Virus record (IMG/VR): IMGVR_UViG_3300050821_004803
Span: 1,113 to 65,112 of that record
Length of the DNA: 64,000 nt
Direction: 5' to 3' (one strand)
From: a virus
Lineage: Duplodnaviria > Caudoviricetes
Shown here: piece by piece, positions 1 through 8,671 of the stretch
How positions within the stretch are numbered: position 1 is the stretch's first letter
Layout: every line of letters begins with the position of its first letter
Notes under the pieces: generated by a model
Told to the model about the DNA's origin: nothing
Seen by the model: only the letters and a program-made list of their open reading frames with translations
Database searches by the model: none
Made by a program: the position numbers and the translations under genes

Positions 1-197
1 GGTGAATACGACGAGGATGATGACCACTCTGGTTGGTGACAATTCATGCGCGTCGGTTGCAACTGCTGCACGCTATCCGGCCAATCCAACAATAGGTCGT
101 CGCCTTGTGTGAGTTGTGAGAGACAGCCTTTCTGACACCCAAACATCCGACCCGCGCATTATAGTTTCAAAACGAAGTTTAACCGCAAGGAGGCTGT

Positions 198-440
198 ATG
201 CGATTCACCTTTCAAGCACTACTGAAATCCCCATGTCCATTTTGCCAGGATGTGTGGTGTACGGTCAAAGGAACCCCTAGAAAGCGAGAAGGGGTTAAAT
301 GTCTCAGCAAGGGTCATATGTTGTATGGCGCTGCCGCTGCCACCAGAATGACCTATAAAGAAATTGTGTATGCGGTTCAACATCCGAATTTACCCACAGT
401 GCATAAGGAGGCACTACCGCCTATGAATGTCAAACGCTAA
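198..440 (+). CDS. hypothetical protein (Cys/His-containing)
   Basis: AGGAGG RBS upstream; CPFC...CxxxH pattern. Confidence 0.6.
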   Translation: MRFTFQALLKSPCPFCQDVWCTVKGTPRKREGVKCLSKGHMLYGAAAATRMTYKEIVYAVQHPNLPTVHKEALPPMNVKR

Positions 441-482
441 AACGTATAAATAATCGGCAAACCTAAATTCTGTGAGGTAAGA

Positions 483-518
483 AGGGGTCAATAGAGTGAT
501 CTATTGGCCTTTTCTTTT
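483..518 (+). terminator. rho-independent terminator
   Basis: GGGTCAATAGA-gtga-TCTATTGGCC stem followed by TTTTCTTTT. Confidence 0.7.
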
Positions 519-535
519 GTCTGAACGGGACAGTA

Positions 536-967
536 ATGAGTCGTAATCGAAAATTCCGATGGATTTTCAACGGTCGTTTCCACGAGCAAGTTCCAATAAC
601 ACCCGAGGATGACATGGGTAAAGGTAAGAGCAAACGAAGCAAGTTGAAATTCGATAGAAACAATCCGACCGACCGTGCAATAGCGGAGCTATTTGCTCAG
701 CAGGGAGAAATAATTGACATGTCGGAGCCCGAAGACGACTTAACACGTCCCAACATTCGTATCTATCGCGATGATATCATGCGAGCGGTGGAGACAATGC
801 TTGATCGGTACACATGGCGAGCTGCGAGGGACTTGCGGGAAGAATTTGTCAGAGCACTTGACGGGGTGGTGTCGGGATACCGGGGTGAAGTTGCGCTGAA
901 TCAGTTAGTTAAGAAGGGAACAAAATATGACACGCGACGAAGCACAACAGTTGAAAGTCGGAGATAA
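536..967 (+). CDS. hypothetical protein
   Basis: 143-aa ORF in the co-directional early cluster; true start may be the ATG at 614. Confidence 0.6.
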   Translation: MSRNRKFRWIFNGRFHEQVPITPEDDMGKGKSKRSKLKFDRNNPTDRAIAELFAQQGEIIDMSEPEDDLTRPNIRIYRDDIMRAVETMLDRYTWRAARDLREEFVRALDGVVSGYRGEVALNQLVKKGTKYDTRRSTTVESRR

Positions 968-1382
968 GGTTTACGCCAAAACCGCAGGTTTCCCAACTCG
1001 CACCCTAACTGTGATTTTTAAAGACCAATCAGGTTTGGTGTTACAACCCAACAACGCGGCTTCAACTACAACTATCTATCATTCGCTTAAGGATATTTGC
1101 GGGATGAGGTCGTGGACTCTGTGTAAGCCGTATGTTTTGTTCGATGAGACTATACCAGAGAGTGTGGTTGCAGCAAACTCCACAAGTCTGCGTATACAGG
1201 AACTAGAGAGTGGATATTTTCGTTGCTGCTTTGTTAATGCGGCAGGAGAAGGCCCATCGGCTGTCTTCAGTGAACAACATCTTCGAAATCGCATCGCTCT
1301 TTACACCCGCGCTCTTGAGCACATAAAAACCAGGCCAAACCCCTCTCAACACCAACCCGAACCCGACCCTTACAAGGAGTAG
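927..1382 (+). CDS. hypothetical protein (SH3/KOW-like N-terminus)
   Basis: MTRDEAQQLKVGDKVY N-terminus typical of small phage proteins; tight gene packing. Confidence 0.65.
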   Translation: MTRDEAQQLKVGDKVYAKTAGFPTRTLTVIFKDQSGLVLQPNNAASTTTIYHSLKDICGMRSWTLCKPYVLFDETIPESVVAANSTSLRIQELESGYFRCCFVNAAGEGPSAVFSEQHLRNRIALYTRALEHIKTRPNPSQHQPEPDPYKE

Positions 1383-1383
1383 T

Positions 1384-1911
1384 ATGCTTCTTACATCCGA
1401 ACAACGTAAACAAATGCTTGATGAGGTTCTTAAGGAACATCCCAGATTTCCGGGATTTGACCTGCGTTGGGGTTATGTTAACGCAATCTCTACCGAAAAC
1501 GGTGGGTATTTTGTGCCTATAGAGGATATAGAAGAATGTCTTAATAAGTCCCGGTATGGTACAAAGGAGCACCCTCTTTTGCCGATGTACCCAGAATTTA
1601 GATTAGATTTTGGATGTTCTTTTGTCAGAAAAACACCCACATGTTGCGGAATTATTGATGTTGGAAACTGGGGAACCCATAACGTTACTCCTTCTCAAGA
1701 ACGCAACTTCAAGCTTTTCATTGATTTTTTACACCGACAAAAACAGGGACAGGGGCTGGGTTTAAGAGCGGGAGTTGTTCTGGCTCACACCAATGATAAC
1801 TATGTTGGGGTTAACAAGCTTCTTCGAGAATGCGGTTTCAAAGAACTTAATTTCTTCAACGCCAATTCGGATCACATGATGTCAATGTGGACGCTTGTTT
1901 TACATCCATAA
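1384..1911 (+). CDS. hypothetical protein, possible GNAT-like fold (paralog of 1924-2301)
   Basis: AAGGAG RBS; PTCCG...LRECGF...NANS...WTL pattern shared with the next gene. Confidence 0.65.
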   Translation: MLLTSEQRKQMLDEVLKEHPRFPGFDLRWGYVNAISTENGGYFVPIEDIEECLNKSRYGTKEHPLLPMYPEFRLDFGCSFVRKTPTCCGIIDVGNWGTHNVTPSQERNFKLFIDFLHRQKQGQGLGLRAGVVLAHTNDNYVGVNKLLRECGFKELNFFNANSDHMMSMWTLVLHP

Positions 1912-1923
1912 GGAGGAAACTAA

Positions 1924-2301
1924 TTGTTGGACCCAGAGAAAGTAAAGAGAGCGCGAGCTTACACAGGGCGTGTTGATGATCGTTATTGTATACAGCTGAT
2001 TCAATTTCCTGCTTGTTGTGGTGCGGGCATCGCCTATAATTTTGATATATTCACCCCAGAGGCTACCCAAGCGCAATTTATCATGGATCTGGCTAGTTGT
2101 GGGTGGGGTGTGGTATGTGCCACCACTACAGCTAGTCAGAGAACGGGCAATAAAATTCTGAAATATGTGGGATTTCGTCCAGTATCTGTTACCAAAAACC
2201 CCAACTCCGGTAACAACGTGACATTTTGGGTTCTTGATCTCAAAGAATCCAAGAAGAAGGTGCCTGATGGTACAAATGCTTCGAACTCGTCTAGGCTATG
2301 A
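1924..2301 (+). CDS. hypothetical protein, possible GNAT-like fold
   Basis: AAGGAGG RBS; PACCG...LKYVGF...NPNSG...WVL. Confidence 0.65.
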   Translation: MLDPEKVKRARAYTGRVDDRYCIQLIQFPACCGAGIAYNFDIFTPEATQAQFIMDLASCGWGVVCATTTASQRTGNKILKYVGFRPVSVTKNPNSGNNVTFWVLDLKESKKKVPDGTNASNSSRL

Positions 2302-2443
2302 CGAGGAGGTGGTTGGTTGTCCAACATGCGGAACTGTTCAACACCTTGTTGATGGGGCGATCCATCAATGTGGTGCGGACAATAACCCGCTTGCAGTGAC
2401 AATTGATACAAAACAACTAAAGATTGCACTTCCGGCTGATTAG
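2267..2443 (+). CDS. small Zn-ribbon-like hypothetical protein
   Basis: CPTC...HQC; fills the gap between neighbouring genes. Confidence 0.45.
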   Translation: MVQMLRTRLGYDEEVVGCPTCGTVQHLVDGAIHQCGADNNPLAVTIDTKQLKIALPAD

Positions 2444-2699
2444 TGGGGGTTGTATGATTGTGTCGTTCGTAACACGATGCGGGTCGAAATATCATATCGA
2501 CCACACCAACAACCTTTTTGCTCAAGAGTCTCCGATACTACGGGAGGGTCCTTTGTGGAACAAACCCATCGTTGTGATTGGTAAGCGGGTGGAAATTTGG
2601 ACCTGTCCAGCACACGGTTCGGATTCTGAGGTTGCCCGAGTCATTCAAACAGGAGTTGTGGTGTCTCGGGAGGTCAGTCTTGAATCGTATCTACACTAG
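2424..2699 (+). CDS. hypothetical protein (paralog of 60889-61239)
   Basis: TRCGSKYHID...RVIQT versus TASGSIYHID...RIIET; start probably the ATG at 2454. Confidence 0.6.
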   Translation: MHFRLISGGCMIVSFVTRCGSKYHIDHTNNLFAQESPILREGPLWNKPIVVIGKRVEIWTCPAHGSDSEVARVIQTGVVVSREVSLESYLH

Positions 2700-2964
2700 T
2701 CCTAAGTATTACCGAGAAACGGTCAACCAACAAATCAATCGTTTAGAGGTTGAGTTAGAGGATGCTCGCCTCCGTCATGCCCTGCGGGTGGGTAATCAAT
2801 CTCTCCGCTATCTTGAAACTCGCCGAATGTGTGGCGAAGTGTTTACATCTCTTGAGACAGAGATGATGATGAATACTCAATGTAAGATAGATGGTGTAGC
2901 ACCGGAGTTTATCCCGGCAGTGGTCAGTTTGATTGTCGAAAGGTATGTTCCGAAGGTGGTTTAA
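2578..2964 (+). CDS. hypothetical protein
   Basis: ORF ends 3 nt before the ligase gene; true start probably near 2680. Confidence 0.5.
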   Translation: MVSGWKFGPVQHTVRILRLPESFKQELWCLGRSVLNRIYTSPKYYRETVNQQINRLEVELEDARLRHALRVGNQSLRYLETRRMCGEVFTSLETEMMMNTQCKIDGVAPEFIPAVVSLIVERYVPKVV

Positions 2965-2967
2965 CTT

Positions 2968-4305
2968 ATGAAGCTAATGGGATTTGACGAAATCGTTAAC
3001 CGATATGTGACGTTGGACATGGAGCATTTGGTCAAACAAAAGTGGATACAGGATTGGCGTGACCAGAACTGGGGACTAAGAAATTCGGCAGATTTAACAA
3101 AACTGCTTCCAATGAAACATCCTCACGTCTACGTTCAACCAAACAATATAAAAGGTTGGATGATGATGAGTTTTGTTGCTGCTATTAATGACAATTCCCA
3201 AATCCGTCAAATCGTTTGTAAGATACCCGCCGGAACTATGGTTAAGGGGACGTATTTCAAAGTTACACCCGATATCGCCTTTCGGGACGTAATGACAGGA
3301 ATTGGATACAGCGGGTGGGACCCGGAGATTTTTGTTGAAGATGGTGCCAACAATCTGTTACCCGCTTTCACCTTTCTTCCACCAAAAGACAAGGGTATCC
3401 TACACGGCGCTGGACGGGTTTATTATGATGGTTTCCAGGCCGAATTTACCACAAATCCAATCGGTTGTCATGGACACGGATTTGATTATCTTCGACTCGG
3501 ATTAAAGGGAGTTTTGACTGCGGCACGTAAAAAAGCACTCAAGGCAATTCTTTCAGTAAAGAGCGTTTATCGCATTCCAGATAGCCTTATGATATCGGCA
3601 TCCGACGATCAGGTTGCCCTTGGTTGTAAGCCATCTCAAAATGTTTACGGAACCCTCCCTTATCACAACGAGGCTTCGCGAACACTTCCTTATCGTGTGT
3701 CAGGCGGACACATTCATTTTAGTATAGGTAATGCGCCGCTCGAAGAATCTCAAATCATCAATCGAATAAAGGGAATGGATTTATTTCTTGCCCTCCCCTC
3801 TGTTGGGATTTTTGCGGATGTTGATGATCCATTGCGTCGCGAGTTCTACGGGCGTGCTGGAGAATATCGCACCCCAAAATATGGTTTGGAATACCGAACG
3901 CTGTCTAGCGCGTGGCTTTGCAGCCCAAAACTGGGACACGGGATTATGGATGTGGCTCGTCGCGCTTGCGGAGCCGGATCAAAAGGGGATGTTTACGAGC
4001 TTACAGGAATCAAATCAGAAGCTGTGGTTGAAGCCATCAACTATTGCGACGTTAAAAGCGCTCGAAAGCTTACCGAAAAACTCTGGCCATCTTTCATGAG
4101 AGTCATGGAAGCACCGTGGTATAAAGAACCTCGTTTTGAACGCGCCTACAAACAACTTGTTCACGAGGGGGTTGCCGCCGGATTCCCCAACTACGACAAA
4201 ATCGAAACCAATTGGAAACTTGATGGTGTGTGGGTCCCCCACAGCGATGACTCCCGTGCAACTTTTAATGCTCACTGCACTCAATCCCAATACCGAAATG
4301 CGTGA
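2968..4305 (+). CDS. phiEco32-like COOH-NH2 ligase (amidoligase type 2), copy 1
   Basis: GWDPEIFV, DGFQAEF, GCKPSQNVY, YRVSGGHIHF, RREFYGRAGEYRTPKYGLEYRTLS motifs. Confidence 0.88.
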   Translation: MKLMGFDEIVNRYVTLDMEHLVKQKWIQDWRDQNWGLRNSADLTKLLPMKHPHVYVQPNNIKGWMMMSFVAAINDNSQIRQIVCKIPAGTMVKGTYFKVTPDIAFRDVMTGIGYSGWDPEIFVEDGANNLLPAFTFLPPKDKGILHGAGRVYYDGFQAEFTTNPIGCHGHGFDYLRLGLKGVLTAARKKALKAILSVKSVYRIPDSLMISASDDQVALGCKPSQNVYGTLPYHNEASRTLPYRVSGGHIHFSIGNAPLEESQIINRIKGMDLFLALPSVGIFADVDDPLRREFYGRAGEYRTPKYGLEYRTLSSAWLCSPKLGHGIMDVARRACGAGSKGDVYELTGIKSEAVVEAINYCDVKSARKLTEKLWPSFMRVMEAPWYKEPRFERAYKQLVHEGVAAGFPNYDKIETNWKLDGVWVPHSDDSRATFNAHCTQSQYRNA

Positions 4306-4651
4306 AATAGTCCCCTGTCCGATGTGTGTAGATGGTCGAGAGTTGGATTTAAACTCCGGTCAAATGCATCCGTGTCCCACTTGTGGAGGTCGTGGCGCTC
4401 TGCCGCCAAACGATATCTGCAACTGCGGTCGTCCATGCTTCGTTGAACACAACAACATTCTTTATTGTGGAAATAAGGACTGTCTAACCGAAATCGAACG
4501 CGAAATTCGAGTTCAAGGGCAGTTTTGGGGTTTTTACGCTACGGAGGATGATGATGCCGATTTTAACCCAAACACCTGGGCTATTCATCCTCACCGTATC
4601 GGGGCCTCTCGCATGGGTGGGGCGCGTCAAGACCCGCGAAATTGGAATTAA
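4298..4651 (+). CDS. Cys-rich Zn-finger hypothetical protein
   Basis: CPMC, CPTCGGRG, CNCG, CGNKDC; ATG overlaps the end of the upstream gene. Confidence 0.6.
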   Translation: MREIVPCPMCVDGRELDLNSGQMHPCPTCGGRGALPPNDICNCGRPCFVEHNNILYCGNKDCLTEIEREIRVQGQFWGFYATEDDDADFNPNTWAIHPHRIGASRMGGARQDPRNWN

Positions 4652-4656
4652 ATTTT

Positions 4657-4980
4657 GGGAGAATATCCCCTAACAAAGTCAGAGGAAGGAGAGCATGGAA
4701 ATGCCACGCTTGAAGGGCGATGTTGAATACGGTCTCGTTGTGGGGACAAACCTCCGTCAATCCACCGATTGAGGGTTTCAATATCCGTTCTAGTTGTATG
4801 AAAGACTTATCTGATGAGTAACACCTCTAGTGGCGAATAGCTTACGCTGTAAAAACGGATCATTTGGCCTACTTGTTTCGACAAGCATCCCAATTCCAGG
4901 TGCCTATTCCCTAATCAAACTATGTGGCTACGGCTTTTAGGAAATTCATATGGTTAGACTTTCAGAGGACACATTCTCCC
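4657..4980 (+). ncRNA. putative structured ncRNA (~325 nt)
   Basis: No credible ORF; closed by GGGAGAAT/ATTCTCCC and AAAGTC/GACTTT; internal stems ATCCGTT/AACGGAT, TCAATC/GATTGA, CTTGT-TTCG-ACAAG. Confidence 0.55.
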
Positions 4981-5015
4981 GATACTCTCCTTCTTTGACA
5001 CTCTTTTGAGGTTAT

Positions 5016-5354
5016 ATGCCGCTGTTCTTCACATATGGAAGCTTACGAAAAGGACAGTTTAACCACAGCTTCCTCCTTGCGTTAAAACCCGTCTTCAAGA
5101 GAACCGCGCAAATTAAAGCAGATATGGTGGATTTAAGATTACCCTTTCCAGCAATAAAAGAGGGGTTTGGCCTGGTGGAAGGTGAAATTTATGAGGTAGA
5201 CAAACATGGATTTGCCGAACTGGATCTCCTCGAAGGACATCCTCACTTTTACGAGCGACGCACAGTTACAACCACCGACGGAGATGCTGTTGAAGTCTAC
5301 TTTGGAACAGGGGTCCTTTATCTCCAGGCCAAACCCCTCTCAACTGAGGGTTGA
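5016..5354 (+). CDS. gamma-glutamylcyclotransferase (AIG2-like/GGACT) family protein
   Basis: FTYGSLRKGQFNH, VEGEIYEV, LDLLEGHPHFYER motifs. Confidence 0.9.
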   Translation: MPLFFTYGSLRKGQFNHSFLLALKPVFKRTAQIKADMVDLRLPFPAIKEGFGLVEGEIYEVDKHGFAELDLLEGHPHFYERRTVTTTDGDAVEVYFGTGVLYLQAKPLSTEG

Positions 5355-5406
5355 TGATGATTCAATGTCAGTCCTGATGGCGGAAGGTTATTAAAGGAGA
5401 TTTTTT

Positions 5407-5787
5407 ATGTTTGATTGGTTGTTTGGAAAGAAGAAAACAATGGAACCGTCGTCGGCTCCGATTTTGCCTCATCACATTCCAACTCATGTTGCGATGCCTC
5501 CGAGCGTGCATCCTCCCTTTCACAGTCGTCATGAGCAACCAACTCCAATTCGATTGGTCCACGGGCAGGCTCCTCGACCCGTGGAGGAAGACAATCCTCT
5601 GCCATCTTTTATTGCTGGAGCTGCTTTGGGCGCAATGTTGAGTTCGAATGACGACTCTTCATCAAGTTCTTTCTCCGATTCAACACCGTCTTTTTCTGAT
5701 TCGTCCTCATCTGATTCGGGTTTTAGTTCGGATGGCGGGTTTGGTGGGGGCGACTCCGGCGGTGCTGGTGCAAGTGGAGATTATTAA
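5407..5787 (+). CDS. hypothetical protein with Ser/Asp/Gly low-complexity tail
   Basis: AAAGGAG RBS; C-terminus SSDGGFGGGDSGGAGASGDY. Confidence 0.75.
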   Translation: MFDWLFGKKKTMEPSSAPILPHHIPTHVAMPPSVHPPFHSRHEQPTPIRLVHGQAPRPVEEDNPLPSFIAGAALGAMLSSNDDSSSSSFSDSTPSFSDSSSSDSGFSSDGGFGGGDSGGAGASGDY

Positions 5788-5788
5788 G

Positions 5789-6099
5789 TTCCCTTCGGGG
5801 AAAGTCGTAACGCCCGGATGCTGCCATGTTGTGGGTCCGACAAAAGCGTTGCGCATTAGATTGAGAACGTGAGCCTGGCTCCATGTTAGAGTATTTTTTC
5901 AGTGAGTTGGAGCTACCAGCCTTCTCGAAGAAATATCTCTAGGCGTTTTCTTTCTAGGGTGCATGGAGAAAGCGCACTTTCGGGTGCCCAACTCTCTAGG
6001 GGCGGATACTAGGCCCGATCAGCCTAGCCTGACAAAGAAAGTTCGTACCTGGCCAACGGAGGTTCTTGCAAAGGGCTTGAATGTCTCCGTTGGTTACCA
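5789..6099 (+). ncRNA. putative structured ncRNA (~310 nt)
   Basis: UUCG hairpins at 5789-5802 and 5974-5987; stem 5887-5900/5927-5941; GGCCAACGGAG/CTCCGTTGGTT stem ending in ACCA. Confidence 0.5.
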
Positions 6100-6114
6100 A
6101 TTTTAGGAGCAAAG

Positions 6115-6630
6115 ATGACACTCAAAGTACCTAATTCGATGATTCGTCATGTGTGTTATCAAACAAACTACAGGCTGCCACAGTTGGAAAGGTTAGCTGT
6201 TGAGCGAGCACCGAAGAAGGTTATTCCGATAACGAACATCCGGGGATACACCCCATCTCGGATAACTCTTCGGGAGGGTAAACTAAAGGGAAACCTTCCT
6301 CGGGATGATTACCGCTTTTTTCTGGGAACGTATGGCGGCGACAATGAGATTGGTGTTTGTCGGTGGTGTGGTATAGTAACACACAGTTCTAAAGAACGTC
6401 GTGAGCATGGAAAAAGTACGTGTAAATGTTCTTTGGTTGAGCTGTATGGGATTTTGTTGATCGGTAAAAAATGCGCTATTTGCAACGCCTTTACAGGAGA
6501 AAAATGTTGGGGACTTCCTCTTTGTAAAGACGGATGTCAGAATGAGTGGATGGTTCATGCTTCACCGACATTTAAAATGGCGGCAGATAGGTTGCGTATT
6601 TCAAAAAAGGAGCCAATCTCTACCAAATGA
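6115..6630 (+). CDS. Cys-rich hypothetical protein
   Basis: AGGAG RBS; CRWC, CAIC, LCxxxC. Confidence 0.65.
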   Translation: MTLKVPNSMIRHVCYQTNYRLPQLERLAVERAPKKVIPITNIRGYTPSRITLREGKLKGNLPRDDYRFFLGTYGGDNEIGVCRWCGIVTHSSKERREHGKSTCKCSLVELYGILLIGKKCAICNAFTGEKCWGLPLCKDGCQNEWMVHASPTFKMAADRLRISKKEPISTK

Positions 6631-7169
6631 GAACTTATGATAATCGTTGGTTGGTAAGAGCTTCTACAGCAGCTCAGGGGAATAGGCGGATTCCTTATGC
6701 CGCTTTTTCGGGGAAGTATCCCATTCGAATTTATATTCGACTAATGTTTTATGCGTCAAAACAAGGTCGCTGGATAACCCGATTTAGCTATAACGGACGA
6801 TATTCGTTGTCGGCGATTCGGCAGGGTTTTCGCGAAAGAAATCGGCTTGTAGTGGAGGTGGGTTTAGAGGGTGTTTCTCTCCGTGTCATAGAGTATCATC
6901 GTAATGGGGTTATTTATGAAGGAGATGGAACGAGCGGTCTTTCTTTTTATGGACATAATCACGTTCATTTTCAGTCTGGAAATATCCCTACTCGCAATAG
7001 CACTGCTGTCGTATGGTCGGGTTTGAAGGACCCAGAAATTCCTATTCGTTGCGATTCTTTTGTTATGTTGGTTCCAAAAAGTCAAATTCCAAAAAAGGAT
7101 GATGTGAATGGCTGGCGCATATTGTATAAACAAATGCGTGCTCGTCGATATCGCAATATGGTGAATTAA
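6627..7169 (+). CDS. hypothetical basic protein
   Basis: ATGA overlap with the upstream gene; ends 2 nt before the next gene. Confidence 0.6.
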   Translation: MRTYDNRWLVRASTAAQGNRRIPYAAFSGKYPIRIYIRLMFYASKQGRWITRFSYNGRYSLSAIRQGFRERNRLVVEVGLEGVSLRVIEYHRNGVIYEGDGTSGLSFYGHNHVHFQSGNIPTRNSTAVVWSGLKDPEIPIRCDSFVMLVPKSQIPKKDDVNGWRILYKQMRARRYRNMVN

Positions 7170-7171
7170 TC

Positions 7172-8671
7172 ATGTTACTAGGAACTCAAGTTCGCCGGGA
7201 ATTTGACAGAGCCTTGATACGGGGAGAGAATGTAATGAATCTTCCTTTGGACTGCACCGAGTCTACTAAACTAAAGTGGTTGGAACGTGCCGATAAGGAC
7301 ATAGAAACAGTTAAATGTCCGATTTTGTCGCAAGGCCGCAGGATAAATAATTTTTGTCTAGGTTCAGATCCGGAATTTGTTTTTGCCCGTGAAGGTGGAA
7401 ATCGGATTGATGCGGCAACGTTGGGATTGAAACCTGGTTTGGCGGCGGGGTGCGATCAAAACCAACGTCTCGCTGAGCTTAGAGGTTGGCCTTCTTCTTC
7501 CGTACTTGAACATGTGGCCGGTATCCTGGCATCGTTGCGCTGGATGTATAGGGTATATCCGGATACTAGAGAATATGCTTGGCGAGCAGGTGGGTGGTAT
7601 TTAACAGATGGTATTGGTGGACACGTACACTTTGGGCGTAAACGACCGACTCGTGATCCAGAAGTAAGGGGTTTGGATGGGCTAGCCTTTGCCTTTCGGG
7701 CAATGGGATTTTTTAACAATGCCGAATGGGACCGACGAAATCGAGGTGACGAACACCGACAGGTGTACGGTTTGTATGGGGATATTCGTCCTCAACTACA
7801 TGGATACGAATATAGAACACTTCCTTCCTGGCTTGATACACCTGCTAAAGCATTTATAGTATTAACAGCTTCTAAGTTGGCGATTCTTGACCCAGAGCTT
7901 CTAAGTTCTTGGCCAACTTCTGTTGTTCTGGCGCCTCAAAAGGGCCAGCAGTTGTTGCGGTATTTGGCACGATATTACGCGGGGCGAGACGACGATGCTT
8001 GGATTTTAAAATACATGTTGCAATCACGCTCCACAACTCTTGAAGCTGCTTTTGATGGGATGAGGTTCAACACTAATTTCAAACCATATTGGGGATTTAG
8101 CCCCCGCAATGACACTATCTCCAAACTCCCTTCCAAAATTTTACCTGCGTGTATCGAACCTTGCGCAAGCGAAATAAAGGAGATAGAAAAAAATCTTTTG
8201 GAGTTCAAACCGCTAACTTTTGTTGAAAATGCCCCAACATTCAAAAACGAAATTCCTAAAAATTATTACTGGCTATACGGGGACGGAATACGGGGTCAAG
8301 GACGAGCAGGAGTGGGTGACTTGTTGCATAACATGGTCGGTCACTCATCTTATACCATAGGTTTTGTCTTTGATGAACGGTTTTCGATAAGTCACGATCT
8401 TTATTCCGAGTGGACTCCGGAAGAGCAAAAAATTGTTATAAAAATGTTTGGAAAGTTCTCAATAAATCGAGGACATTCGAGAGTGATTGTACTACCAAGA
8501 AATTTGACGATTGTTCCTGAAATAGCAAAAACCAGAATTTTCTTTTTAAAGATGGGCCTGTTTCCACTATGGACAGTTGAGACAGTAGAAGAGAAGTCAT
8601 TCCAATCGTGGTTGGCTTCTCGGAAAAAACTTACAAAAACTAAACCTCTTGCAGAGGAAAGGACGCTTTAA
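7172..8671 (+). CDS. phiEco32-like COOH-NH2 ligase, copy 2
   Basis: LGSDPEFV, AELRGWPS, GIGGHVHFG, YGLYGDIRPQLHGYEYRTLPSWL. Confidence 0.88.
   Translation: MLLGTQVRREFDRALIRGENVMNLPLDCTESTKLKWLERADKDIETVKCPILSQGRRINNFCLGSDPEFVFAREGGNRIDAATLGLKPGLAAGCDQNQRLAELRGWPSSSVLEHVAGILASLRWMYRVYPDTREYAWRAGGWYLTDGIGGHVHFGRKRPTRDPEVRGLDGLAFAFRAMGFFNNAEWDRRNRGDEHRQVYGLYGDIRPQLHGYEYRTLPSWLDTPAKAFIVLTASKLAILDPELLSSWPTSVVLAPQKGQQLLRYLARYYAGRDDDAWILKYMLQSRSTTLEAAFDGMRFNTNFKPYWGFSPRNDTISKLPSKILPACIEPCASEIKEIEKNLLEFKPLTFVENAPTFKNEIPKNYYWLYGDGIRGQGRAGVGDLLHNMVGHSSYTIGFVFDERFSISHDLYSEWTPEEQKIVIKMFGKFSINRGHSRVIVLPRNLTIVPEIAKTRIFFLKMGLFPLWTVETVEEKSFQSWLASRKKLTKTKPLAEERTL

Noticed and set aside
4808-4840. Hammerhead-like core CUGAUGAG...CGAA
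   Set aside because: GAAU replaces GAAA and no stem I/III with an NUH site can be built; the flanks pair directly, more like a K-turn-type loop
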